Positions 11,990 through 26,099 of a stretch of 64,000 bases of DNA are shown piece after piece. Position 1 is the first letter of the stretch. The number at the start of each line of letters is the position of its first letter. Source of the DNA: the human T2T-CHM13v2.0 reference genome, Homo sapiens. The DNA is taken from the NCBI RefSeq assembly GCF_009914755.1, contig NC_060938.1. One strand, 5' to 3'. Below the pieces are notes generated by a model that searched no databases, was not told where the DNA came from, and worked only from the letters and a program-made list of their open reading frames with translations. The position numbers and the translations under genes were made by a program.

Positions 11990-14900
11990 ATGGGGAGAAA
12001 GCAACCAACTCAGAAAACATATTTCAGGATATCATCTACGAAAATTTCCTCAACCTCTCTAGAAAGACCAACATTCAAATTCAAAAAATATAGAGAACCT
12101 TTACAAGATGCTAAAAAAGAAGTCCATCCCCAAGACACATAATCATCAGATTCTCCAAGGCCAAAATAAATGAAAAAATGATAAAGTAAGCTAATGAAAA
12201 AAGGCGGATCACCTACAAGGGGCACCCCATCAGGCTAAAAGCAGAACTTTCAGCAGAAATCCTATAAGCCAGAAGAGATTGGGGGTCTATATTCAACATT
12301 ATTAAAGAAAAAAAATCTTCAGCCAAGAATTTCAGATGGAGCCAAACTAAGCTTCATAAGTGAAGGAAAAATAAGATCCTTTTCAAACAAACACATGCAG
12401 AGGGAATTCATTACCACCAGACTGCCTTACAAGAGTTCCTGAAAGGAGTAGTAAATACGGAAAGGAAAGACTATTATCAGCCACTACAAAAACACCTTTA
12501 AGTACACAGATCAGTGACACTATAAAGCAACCACACAAACCAGTCTGCATAATAATCAGCTAAGAACAGGATGAGAGGATCAAATCCACATATATCAATA
12601 ATAACCTTGAATGTAAATGGCCTAAATGCCTCAATGAAAAGGCAGAGTGGCAAGCTGGATAAAGAAAAAGACCTAATGGTATACTGAATTTAAGAGCCCC
12701 ATCCTACATGCAATGACACCCATAGGCTCAAAATGAATGGACGGAAAAAAAATCTACCATGCAAAAGGAAAACATAAAAAAGCAGAGGTGACAATCCTAA
12801 TTTCAGACAAAACAGACTTTGAACGAACAAAACTCAAAAAAGACAAGGAAGGTCATTACATAATGGTAAAAGGTTGAATTAAACAAAAAGACCTAATTAT
12901 CCTAAATATACATGCACCCAACACAGGAGCACATAGATTCATAAAACAAGTTCTTAGAGACCTACAAAGAGACGTAGATTTCTACAAAATAATAGTGGAA
13001 GACTTCAACACCCTACTAACAGTATTAGACAGATCATTAAGAAAGAAAATTAATAAAGATATTCAGGACTCGAACTCAATACTTGATCAAATGGACCTAA
13101 TAGACATCTACAGAACACTCTATCCAAAAATGACAAAATATACATTCTTCTCATTACCACATGACACATACTGTAAAATGGAACACACAATCAGACATAA
13201 ACCAATCTTCACTGAAATCATACAAACGACACTCTCAGACAACGGTGCAATAAAAACAGAATTCAGTACAAAGAAAATCACTCAAAACCATACAATTACA
13301 TGGAAATTAAACAACCTACTCCTAAGTGAATTTTGGGTGAACAATAAAATTAAGGAAGAAACCAAGATATTCTTTGAAAATAACAAAAAGATAAAACAAG
13401 CAAGAATCTCTGGGACACAGCTAAAGTGGTATTCAGAGGGATATTTGTAGCCCTAAATGTGCACATCAAAATGATAGATATCAAACTAAAAACCCAGCAT
13501 TACAACTAGAAGTACCAGAGAAGCAAGAGCAAACAAACCTCAAAGCTAGCAGAAGAAAAGAAATAACAAAAATCAAAGCTGAAATGAAGGAGTTTGTGAC
13601 ATAAAAAAAAAAAAACATAAAAGATGAACAAATCCAAGAGTTGGATCATTGAAAAAATCAATAAATAGATATATGGATACCTAGACTTGTAAGAAAAGAG
13701 AGAAGCTCCAAATAAATACTATCAGAAATGACAAAGAAGATGTTACCATTGATACCAGAGGGAAAAAAAAAACACCGGAAACTACTTTAAACACCTCTAT
13801 GTACACAAAATAGAAAATGTAGGAAAAATCGATAAATTCCTGGACACATACATCCACCCAAGATGGAAGCAGGAAGAAATTGATCCTTGAACAGACCAAT
13901 AATGAGCTTCAAAACTGAATCAGTAATAAATAGCTTACCAAACAAAAATGCCAAGGACTAGATGGATTCACAGCCGAATTCTAGTAGATATTGAAAGAAT
14001 AGCTGGTACAAATCCTACTGAAACTATTCCAAAAAATTGAAGAATAGGGACTCCTCTCCATCTCATTCTATGAGACCAGCATCATCATCTATGAGACCAG
14101 CATCATCTTCATACCAAAACCTGGCAGAGAAACAGCAAAATAAAAAAAAAATAAAAAAACTTCAGGCCAATATCCTTGATGAACATAGATGCAATAATCC
14201 TCAACAAAATACTAGCGAACAGAATGCAGCAAGACATCAAAAAGCTAATTCACCATGATCAAGTAGACCTTATCCCAGAGATGCAAGGTTGGTTCAATAT
14301 ATGCAAATCAATAAATGTGATTAATCATGTAAACTAAAGACAAAAACCACATGATTATCTCAATAGATGCATAAAAAGCAAAAACCACATTATTATCACA
14401 ATAGATGCACTCAACACTGCTACATGTTAAATACCTTTAATAAATTAGGCATTCAAATGACCATACTGCCCAAAGCAATTTACAGATTCAATGCTATTGC
14501 TATGGAACTACCAACAACATTCTTCACAGAACTAGAAAAAAACTATTTTTAAAATTCACCTAGCCCTCAAAGAAGACCCTGGATAGCCAAGGCAATCTTA
14601 AGCAAAAAGAACAAAACTGAAACCATCACATTATGTGACTTCAAACTCTTCTACAGGGCACAGTAACCCAAGTAGCATAACACTAGTACAAAAACAGACA
14701 CATAGAACAATGGAACAGAAGAGAGAGCCCAGAAATAATGCCACACATCTACAGCCATCTAATTTTCAACAAAGCCAACAAAAACAAGCAAGAAAGAAAG
14801 AACTTCCCATTCAATAAATGGTGCTGGGATATCTGGCTAGTCATATGCAAGAAGATTGAAACTGGACTCCTTCCTTATACCATATATAAAAATCAACTCA

Positions 14901-16072
14901 AGATGAATTAAATACTTTGAATGTGAAACCCAAAATTATAAAAACTCTGGAAGATATCCTAGGAAATGCCATTCTGGATATAGGAACTGTCAAAGATTCC
15001 ATGATGAAGGTGCTAAAAGCAATTGCAACAAAAGCAAAAACTGACAAATGGGATCTAATGAAACTAAAGAGGTTCTGCACAGCAAAAGAAATTGTCAACA
15101 GAGTAAACAGACAACCTAAAGAATGGGGGAAAAATTTTGCAACGTAGGCTTCTGAAAAAAGTCTAATATCCAGAATCTGTAAGGAACTTAAACCAATTAA
15201 CAAGAAAAAAAAATAAAAAATAAAAACAACCTAAGTAAAAAGTGGATAAAGGACATGCACAGACACTTTTCAAAAGAAGACATACATGCTGCCAACGAGC
15301 ATATGTGAAAACCTTAACATCCACTCATTAGATAAATGCAAATCAAAACCACAGCAAGATACCATTTCACACCAGTCAGAATGGCTACTATTACAAAATC
15401 AGAAAGCAACAGATTTTGGCGAGGTTGTGGAGAAAAGGGAACACTTATACACTGCTGGTGGGTGTGCAAATTAGTTCAGCTATTGTGGAAAGCAGTGTAG
15501 TGATTCCTCAAAGAACTAAAAACACAATTACCATTTGACCCAACACCATTACTGGATATATATTCAAAAGAAAACAAATTGTTCTACCATAAAGATACAT
15601 GCACACATATGTCCATTGCAGCACTATTCAAAATAACAAATACATGGATCAACCTAAAGGCCCATCAACAGTAGATTAGATAAGGAAAATGTGGTACATA
15701 TACACCATGGAATACTATGCAGCCATAAAAAGAATGGAATCATGTCCTTTGCAGCAACATGGATGGAACTGGAGACCATTATTCTTAGCAAACTAATGCG
15801 GGAACAGAAAACCAAAGACTGCATGTTCTCACTTATAAGTGGGAGCAAAATAATGAGAATACATGGACAGGAACAACCAACACTGGGGCCTACTAGAAGG
15901 TGGAAGGCAGAAGGAGAGAGAGGATTTAGAAAGAATACATACTGGGTACTATGCTTAGTACCTGGGTGATGAAATGTTCTGTATACCACAGCCTCATGAC
16001 ACGAGTTTACCTATATAACACATCTGCACATGTACCACTGAACCTGAAATAAAAGTTAAACGAAGGAAAAAA
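11990..16072 (+). mobile_element. L1PA15/16-like element, forward segment (ORF1 3' half, disabled ORF2, 3'UTR)
   Basis: EN-domain translation EDFNTLLTVLDRS...MDLIDIYRTLYP; C-terminal ORF2 pieces; 3'UTR gggtactatgcttagtacctgggtgatg...aataaaagttaaa; many stops and frameshifts. Confidence 0.93.
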
Positions 16073-16445
16073 GGAGTCTTACCTGGCTTGCAGCCCGAGA
16101 AGTCAAAGTGATTTGAATCACAAAAAGGGTTCAGTGTATTGTTGCTGCCTTTGAAGACGGAAAAGGGCCACATGCAAGAATCAAAGGGTGTCTTCTAGCA
16201 GCTTGTGCAATCCCAAGTGGACATCCAGAGGAAATGTGAGCCTCAGTGCTACAACCACAAGAAACTGAATTCTTCCAATAACCTGAATGAGCTTAGAGGT
16301 GACTTTTCCCCTAGTTTCCAGATAAAAACTTAACTTAGCCATATCTTCCGTATCACCCTGTGAGTTCCTAAGTAAAAAAACCGGTGGAGTCTGCCTGGAC
16401 TTTTGATGTACAAAACTGTTAGAAAATAATTGAGTTTAATGTTAA
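16073..16445 (+). mobile_element. MLT1E-type LTR, 3' part
   Basis: ttgaagacggaaaagggccacatgcaag...tacaaccacaagaaactgaattcttccaataacctgaatgagctt continues the LTR begun at 10113. Confidence 0.75.
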
Positions 16446-17321
16446 GTAAAAAATATGAGAAATCAAACCTATGTAATAATTTTGTTAATTTCTAGAAGTC
16501 TTTCAAATCAAATAAGTAGGATTTTTAAATTATATATTTTGTTGTAAGGTTGTGTATTATCATTCTCTATATAAATAAATTCAAATTTTAGAAAACATTA
16601 TTCCAAGGGTTGGTAAAAACATATATTATTATATAGTGAAAAATGATTATAATTTCAGTTATAGTTCTCAGTTGTGGTTTTATATTTTCTTTCACATTTT
16701 TCTTGCGTGTTTTCTATGTGGTTTTCAAGTGTTTTTAAAGTTTTCCTCCAACCTGGATTTTCTTTCTCTCAATCCATGTATCCTCCAATTTTTTCAAATA
16801 TCCCCATCAAATTGCCTCCCTCTCCACTTACTAATCTATTCCTTTCCACTTTTTAGTTGTTTCACATTTTCGTTTTTAGTTCATATTTTAGTACTTTAGT
16901 TCATTTATATTTTATCTTCCTAAATAAAAAAGTTCTTCCTGGAGCATTTATTGACATTCTCAAAGGATGAACCACTTCTATAGAGCTTCACCAACACATT
17001 TACTTACAGTTATATTCCCATATTATCAAAACTTTATATTACTCTAAACTTCTTTTTCTGTAAGTAAAAGCCAATTGGTAACTATAATTTGAATTTTCAT
17101 GTAAAATGACTTGTACAATTGTTTTATGCAAATGTTATTTTCCTTTTTCTTGTTGAACAATAGGACCAAAACATAAAAACAACCAAATGGCAAACATTTC
17201 TTTGACATATTTATTCTGTAATGGGCTATAAAGAGGTCTTATAAAACTATTTTTTCTTTAAAAAAAAAAATCCTTCTTTTCTGTATCTTCCATTTGATAT
17301 TAAAATATAATATTAAGCTAC

Positions 17322-17625
17322 TTTTTTTTTTTTTTTTTTTTTAGATGAAGTCTCACTCTGTATCCAGGCTGGGGTGCAGTGGCACAATCTCGGCTCACTG
17401 TAACCTCAGACTCCACTCCCTAGTTCAAGTCATTCTCCTGCTTCAGCCTCTGCAGTAGCGGGGATTACAGGCTTGTGCCACCATGCCCGACTAATTTTTG
17501 TATTTTTAGTAGAGATAGGGTTTCACCATGTTGGCCAGGCTGGTCTCAAACTCCTGACCTCGTGATATGCCCGCCTCAGCCTCCCAAAGTGCTGGGATTA
17601 CAGGCGTGAGCCATCGCGACTGGCC
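17322..17625 (-). mobile_element. AluSg-like
   Basis: Poly-T plus full Alu reverse complement; ttggccaggctggtctcaaactcctgacctcgtgat. Confidence 0.92.
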
Positions 17626-18878
17626 TTGTGCCTGTTTTATCTGTTATTCCTTATATTCTGTTCTCTTTACTATTTAATTCTATTCCGTTTACATAGACTC
17701 AATGCCTAAATTTTATTTACCTTTGAATCATAATTTTCTTTAATTATCCTAAATTTTCTCTGCTTTCTTTCTTGACTTATTCCTTCTGGTACCTCATTTC
17801 AATTACTAAAATTTACTTGGTTGGTTATTGTTAACTGAACTTCTAATTCAATATAAAGTAGTTCAAAATTATGAGTCTTTATTTTTCAAAAGGTTTTCTT
17901 TTCCAGTCATCATCTAGTAATATGTGATTTTAAAATTTCATTAAATGTAGTCTATCTTTTAATTATCTTGGTTTAACGAAGGATTGTTTTAGATATATGT
18001 ATTTCTTCCTCAATTTCCTTCCTTAATACTACTGCATTGCTTTGTGCATGTGCCCAGTTCTATTTCTTGGTATATAATTTTTTGAGAAGTGTGATGTAGT
18101 AACAAAAGGAAATAATATTCATGAAAGGATTTTAGAAAAACTTTTAAAATAGGTAAATTAAATAGAGGTTTCAACAGCATGCTGATGCTCCTCAGTAAGA
18201 ACTAAATGGCATACATAAAGTCAAAAGAGGTTTGACTTTGACTTCAAAAACAATTCAACTAGATAGAAAGGAAATAATAGGTGATTTAAAAATTACTATA
18301 GCCATCTCACCTAAATTGAAATGCAGAAATATGTAGAATTAGAAAGTAAAGTATTTATCAAAATATAACGGTTGATCCAAATTACTGCTTTTCTTGTCAG
18401 AAATATTCAGGAACTAGGAAATAATAGTCATTACTGCCCCAAGTCAGTTATTCTTTATGTTCATAAGTAATTGCTTATTTGCTATAGCCAATACTCATGG
18501 AAGCCTTTGTCTTCTGTGACATTGCAGGTTTACAGTTCTGCTTCAAATTTTTGAAGTTTTCACTGTTATATTCACTGGCTCATTTTATTTCACTATTTTG
18601 AGTCTGGGAGACATTCCCTTGGCTCAGTGTTTTCGTCTATTGTAAATTCACTTCAACCACAAAGTTGCACCTTTTCTTCATTTTCATTATAATAAATAAC
18701 ACTTTCTTTGGTTTGGAAATCTAGAGTCAACCTTAAGTTTACATTCATATTATCTTAATTTGTCTCTATTTCATTCCTGCTCTCATAACCCCTACCTAAT
18801 CAATGTCTAAATTGTGAAGAATAAGCATTGTAGTGACAAATGTCATGCTTGTCTACATTTCTTTAGACAATATCTTTT

Positions 18879-19181
18879 TATTTATTTATTTATTTATATT
18901 TCTTTTTTTTTTTTTTTTGAGATGGAGTCTCGCTCTATTGCCCAGGTTGGAGTGCAGTGGCGCGATCTCAGTTGACAGCAAGCTCTGCTGGGCACGGTGG
19001 CTCACGCCTGTAATCCCAGCACTCTAGGAGGCCGAGGCGGGCGAATCACAAGGTCAGGAGATTGAGACCATCCTGGCTAACACGGTGAAACCCCGTCTCT
19101 ACTAAAAATACAAAAAATTAGCCGGGCGTGGTGGCAGGCGCCTGTAGTCCCAGCTACTCAGGAGGCTGAGGCAGGAGAATC
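18879..19181 (-). mobile_element. AluY with inverted 5' segment (single insertion)
   Basis: Tail plus Alu 3' end on the minus strand (18879-18988) joined to the Alu 5' ~200 nt on the plus strand (18987-19181). TSD gacaatatctttt at 18866-18878 and 19182-19194. Confidence 0.92.
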
Positions 19182-20109
19182 GACAATATCTTTTAAAACC
19201 TAATTATTTGATTCCTGAATTGCCAAATTCCAGTCTGTTTTTTAGTCCTTTTCTTACTACTTTCTAAGGCATAATAAATGTAACTACTGGAATAAATGTA
19301 TCAATGTCAACTTTGAAAATTTTTAACTATCTACATTTGGTGAAATGATAAGATATGGATATATATATATAAATATTAGCTTGAGCAACGACTCAGTACT
19401 TCAGAAACAAGTAGCAGGCTTTAAAACCTGAGGAAAAATTAGGCTTGTGTCACAACACAAACCACAAGAAATCCAAAAACAGTACAGTAAGGGTGACTGT
19501 GCAAGGAGGACAGAAAAGAAGTACTAGACCAATTTAACACTATCTTACATTTATCAGAAATAACAGAAATTATACATATATGCTCTACAGAATTTTAAAC
19601 AAAGAAACAAAATATGCTGCTTTTCTCCAGATGTTTTGGCCAGAGGACACAATCTGAATGATTTAAATTCCTTGAAATTGACTGTGACTTGCTATACAGC
19701 CAGCATATGGTTGTTTTATTTTGTAAAATATCCTATATGCTCTTGAAAAGAATGTGCCTTCTGTTTCTAAGCCAATTCGGTTAAGTCAAAACAAAATTCT
19801 AACTATAAGATAATAATAACTGAGAATAAGTAGTCACCTGCAGAGGACCAAAGCATTCTATCAAACTTTTACTGCAACTGCATTGCAAGAAGGTAATGGC
19901 ATATTAAAAGAGAACCCAGAAATAAACCCAAATACTTAACAGCCAACTGATCTTTGACTAGGCAAACAAAAACACAAAGTGGGGAAAAGACACCCTATTC
20001 AACAAATTGTGCTGGAATAATTGGCTAGCTACATGTAGGAAATGAAACTGGATCCTCGTCTCTCACCTTCTACAAAAATGAACTCAAAGTGGATTAAGAA
20101 CTAAAATCT

Positions 20110-20416
<307 letters not shown>

Positions 20417-21185
20417 AAATCTAAGACCTGAAACTGTAAAAATTCTACAAGATAACATTGGAAAGACACTTCTAGACATTGGCTTAGGCAAGGATTTCAT
20501 GACAAGAACCCAAAAGCAAATGCAATAAAAACAAAGATAAATAGGTGGGAAATAATTAAACTAAAAAGCCTTTGCAAGGCCGAAGGAATGGTCAGCAGTG
20601 TAAACAGGCAACCCACAGAGTGAGAGAAAATCTTCACAATCTATACATCTGACAAAAGACTAATATCCAAAACCTACAAGGAACTCAAAGAAATCAGTAA
20701 GAAAAAAAACAATCTCATCAAAAGTGAACTAAGGACATGAATAGACAATTCTCAAAAGAAGATATATATAATGGCCAATAAACATATGAAAAAATGCTCA
20801 ACATCACTAATGATCAGGGAAATGCAAATCAAAACCACAATGTGAGATACCACCTTACTCCTGCAAAAATAGCCCTAAGCAAAAAATCAAAACACAGCAG
20901 ATATTGACATGGATGCGGTGATCAGGGAACACTTCTACAGTGCTGGTGAGAATGTAAACTAGTACAGCAACTATGGAAAACAGTGTGGAAATTCCTTAAA
21001 GAACTAAAAGTAGAACTACCATTTGATCCAGAAATCTTACTCCTGGATATCTACCCAGAGGAAAATAAGTCATTACACGAAAAAGATACTTGCACATGTG
21101 TGTTTATAGCAGCACAATTCGCAATTACAAAAACCTGGAACCTACCCAAATGACCATAAGTCAACAAGTGGATAAAGACACTGTG

Positions 21186-21187
<2 letters not shown>

Positions 21188-21229
<42 letters not shown>
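21188..21229. repeat. (GT)21 microsatellite within L1PB
   Basis: Uninterrupted GT run followed by atacacacaca. Confidence 0.97.
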
Positions 21230-21232
<3 letters not shown>

Positions 21233-23518
21233 CACACACAATAGAATATTACTCAGCCATAAAAAGGAATGAATTCATGGCATTTGCAGCAATCTGGATG
21301 AGATTGGAGACTATTATTCTAAGTGAAGTAACTCAGGAATGGAAAATCAAACATTGTATGTTTTCACTCATAAATGGGAGCTAAGCTATGAGGATGAAAA
21401 TGCATAAGAATTATACAATGGACTTTAGGGACTCAAGGGGAAAAGGTGGGAAGGGGGTGAGGGATAAGACTACAAAGAGGGTGCAGTATATACTGCTTGG
21501 GTGATGGGTGCACCAAAATCTCACAAATCACCACTAAAGAACTTACTCATGTAACCAAACACCACCTGTTCCCCAATAACCTATAGAAATATATTTTATA
21601 AAAAAATTATAGAAGGAAAACAGCTATAATGTAGAATTTTATATCCAAATAAAATGCTATTGAACATTGAGAGCATTTTTAAAAATATTCCCACACACAT
21701 CCTCCCTCAAGTGGTTTGCTACCCAAAGCAGGGTACTAAAAACATTTTTAGAGAAATTATTCAAACAAGAAAGTCAAATATAGATGGTATGTCAAGAACT
21801 ATCAGATGTACAAATCATCTGATGTCATAATAAAATTTACTGTTATTCATTAATTTTCTTTTTAATAAATGTTTTATTGTTGTTTCACACCCCTAAAAAA
21901 TATACAAATCATAAACATAGATCTCAATGGGTATAACATAATAAACATTCAATGGATATTATAAAATTTTAAAAAGTAAAAACATAAATAACCATGCAGG
22001 CTAGGGAATTAGCTATTACTGATAACCCAGAATTCTCCTAAACTCATTCCTAGGATAATATTTGCCTACCTTTTCCAGGTAACTAATGTCCTGACTTTCA
22101 ACAATTTTCTCATAATGCTTTCTGGGTTTTCATTTTCAGATTTTGTATTCTAGTTAGTAAATTAATTCCTGTATAATTGATATTTCTGATGTTATTGTTA
22201 GAGGTATCATTTTTTTCAAATTTCAATTTTAGAAGTTCTTCTTTCCTTAAAAAAGAAATATGATTGATTTCAAATATTATCTTATAGGCACATACCTTGT
22301 AAATGTATTCATATAATAGTTTATCTGTAAGTTATTCATTTTTTTGGTGAAAAATTAGCTTAATTACTTCTCCGCAAGTTCTTATATCTTTTTTATTTCT
22401 TCTTTACTTTCTCACTAGCAATTTTGTCAGGTGTAAGGTTGAACAAAGTTGATCATAGTATCATTTTCTCATTCCCAATGTCAGCAGGAAAATGTTCATC
22501 ACAGTCATTTTGGAGGTAGCCTTTAATAATTTAAATATTTTTTTCATCATTGCAACTTAGGTAATAGGTTTTGTCACTCATAGACTTTGGAGTTTTGTTT
22601 TTTTTTTTAGTTATAGAGAATGTCATATAATTTTTGGCTTTTATTCTGTTAAGAAAACACACTGCAGTTTTAAAATTTTGAATATTAAAACACGTTCATT
22701 CCTGTAACAAGCCCAACCTACGTTTGCGGTTTATATATTGCTGAGTTTTATGTATAATATTTAATTTAAATTATTTTTAGCTAGGTTGTAAGAGAGATTG
22801 GCCTGTTACTGTCTTTTCTTCTAATGTCCTTCTCACATTTCTATGTTAAAATTATCGGTAACCTTATAAAACAAGCTGAGAAATTTTTCAATAGGGGAAA
22901 TATGTAAGTAATGTTAGTTTTCTTTCCTATTAATATGTTTTGGAGAATTCTCTAGTGAAACATCTGGACCTAGAACTTTTGTACATATATGAGAAAAAGT
23001 TATTTATTATGGATTTTAAAAATAGTTACAGGAATATTCCGATTTTTATGTCTTCTCATGTCAGTTTTGGTAAGTGACATTTTTCAAGTTTTTTACAAAT
23101 TTTATTTAAATTGTCAAATATGTACTGCAATAATGTAGCTCATAACTTTGAATTTCTTTCTTCTGTAGGATCAGTAGTAATACCTTTTCTTTTTATATTA
23201 CTGTGCTCCCTCCCTCCCTCTCTCTCTCTCACACACACTTTTTTTTGGTCTCTGAATTTTGTAAAAGATTATTTTAACATTACAAGGAAAAACTTTTGGC
23301 TTTTTTTGATCCCCTTGCTTATGTGATTCTTTTTGAATGTATTATTTTCCATTAATATCTCTTGTATGACTTCTATTTTCATTGGATTTGGTTTACTGTT
23401 TGGTTTTCAGCTTCTTTAAATGTACCATTTTTAAGCATGTTCTGTTTTCAACCTGTGGGTATTTGGACTATTGGCATTTAATCTTTTATTCTTTGCAATA
23501 TCACCATTAAGGCTATAA

Positions 23519-23728
23519 TTTTTTTAAAAAAATCAATAGTTTTAGGGACAAAGGGTTTTTGGTTACATGGTTGTATTGTATTGTGGTGAAGTCTGGGCTT
23601 TTAATATAGTCATCACCTGAATAGTGTACCCTGTACCCACTAGGCAAGTTTCCATCCCTCACTCCCATCACCCTCCCCGCTCTGAGTCTCCAATGGCCAT
23701 TTTACCATCTGTATGACTTTGCGTAACC
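23519..23728 (-). mobile_element. Short L1PB3/4-like 3' end
   Basis: ggtttttggttacatgg...ggtgaagtctgggcttttaa...catcacctgaatagtgtac. Confidence 0.75.
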
Positions 23729-25164
23729 AAGGATATCCATTTTCTTGAAATTCAATATGTCATACATTTATTCTCATTTTCTTAAAATATTTTCTAATTT
23801 CCATTGAGACTAATTTTGTGACTTGTGAATTATTTGGGAATATGTTGCTTGATTTTAAAATATTTGTGGATAAAGTTGTCCTTTTGTAAATGATTTCTAA
23901 CAGTTTAACTGATGTCAGAAAATGTATTATTTCTACTTTCAAATATGAAAATTTGTCACAGCTTGATCTATGACACAACAGAGACCATTTGAATAAATAT
24001 TAAATGTGCATTCTCATTACATTCAATTTTAAGTTTATCGAGTTTAATATTATACTATATATATCAATTAGATCAAATTTGCTAATAGAGATATCCAATT
24101 CTTTATTATTCTTAATTACATTTTTTTCTACTTATTCCAACAGTGTAAGAAAAGTGGGCAAAAGTCCCCAGTATGATAAGGATGCATATATTTCTCCCAT
24201 TATTACATGCATACAAATTTTAAATTGTCACATCATGGTATACAGCTCATTTTATCATTTTGAAAGGTATTCTTTTGTCTTAGTACTGCTTCTTGCCACT
24301 AAGTTTATTTCATCTGTTATTAGTACATCTATCTCAGCTTTCTTTTGGTTATGTCAGCCTAACAGATCATTTTTACATTTTTTTCAGACTTCCTGTTCTT
24401 ATTTTTAATAAAAAACATTTAATTACTTTTAAAATTCATTTTAGATATTTTTATTAGCTGAAGTATGAAAATCATTTATATTTAGCTCAAGATATTTTTA
24501 TTGTGGTCTACCACTTTGCTATTTTTCCATCTGTTGTATTTTCGACTTGCTCTTTCTTGCCTTTTTTCTCAATTAAGCATTTTTTTCTCCAATATGCCCT
24601 TACAATCTCCTATAAGTCTAAGTATCTTTTGATTTTGCCCTAGATATTATTTCATGATTCCTTGACTTATTAGTGTCTGAGTATAAGGTAAAATTTTCAT
24701 TACTTTTCCTAGACTATGAAGATCTTATGATACTTTTGATATTTTGTTAGGTAGTTTCCTTGATATTTATTTTAAATTTTATATGATGGATTTTATTTCT
24801 ATAGTCACTATTTATTTAGATTTATCCAGATGTTTTGTCCTTCCTTTTCTTGATTTCATTTCTAAATTTCTACATTTACATCTAAAATAATTTTTCTTCT
24901 GCTTCAAATACATTATTATTTCATTTAGTGTAATGTATATATGATATAGATAGTTCCCTTATTTTTTGTTTTCCTGAACATGATTTTATTTTTTCTTCTA
25001 CGCTATAATATTTTATTAGGAATAAAATTCTAGTTACCAGTTGGCTTCCATTTGAGAACTCATCCCTAGGTCATACTGCCACTTTTTGAAGGTAATATGC
25101 CTTTTTCTAGAACTATTTTTGAGACAGTCTCTTTGTCATTAATTCTCTAATATGAGCTATGTAG

Positions 25165-25649
<485 letters not shown>

Positions 25650-26099
25650 TAACTCTAACTCTGTTTTTTGGAGGGTTATCAAGGGGGGGTTACAGATCAT
25701 ATTCATACAATCAGTGATTAAGCTGGTTTGAGACCGAACTGCAATTATTGTGAATGATAATCTATTTATTTCCATTAATATTACTAAGCCTTTGAAGTGT
25801 CAAGTGAAGCCTGGGGCGTATAAATGGGCCTTTCTCACTGATAAGTCTTGAGCCATATATTTTATTCTCTTAAAACTATAAGACTATGAATATTTCTGCT
25901 TAGGTTTTTGGTCTATCAATAGCCACATACATGTAAGAAAATCTTTCATGGGTCAAGGGATAGTCAATATTGTTCTCAATTCTCTGAAGTGCTGTTTTCT
26001 TCAGTATTTTAGCCCTGTAATCTTTAATGCCTTGGAATCTTTTTGATACCTCCATGCATATTTTATACAATTTTCATAAGAAGAGAGTTGAGTAGAGAG

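Noticed and set aside
12995-13450. 151-aa ORF, the longest in the track
   Set aside because: Fragment of the L1 ORF2 endonuclease region in a disabled element; not a host gene.
21188-21240. (GT)n-(CA)n palindromic junction with Z-DNA or hairpin potential
   Set aside because: Microsatellite growth at this position of L1PB elements is commonplace.
24004-24408. 134-aa hydrophobic ORF (also 43162-43527 and 46583-46888)
   Set aside because: F/L/I/S-rich composition expected from T-rich decayed LINE sequence; no splice or domain evidence.
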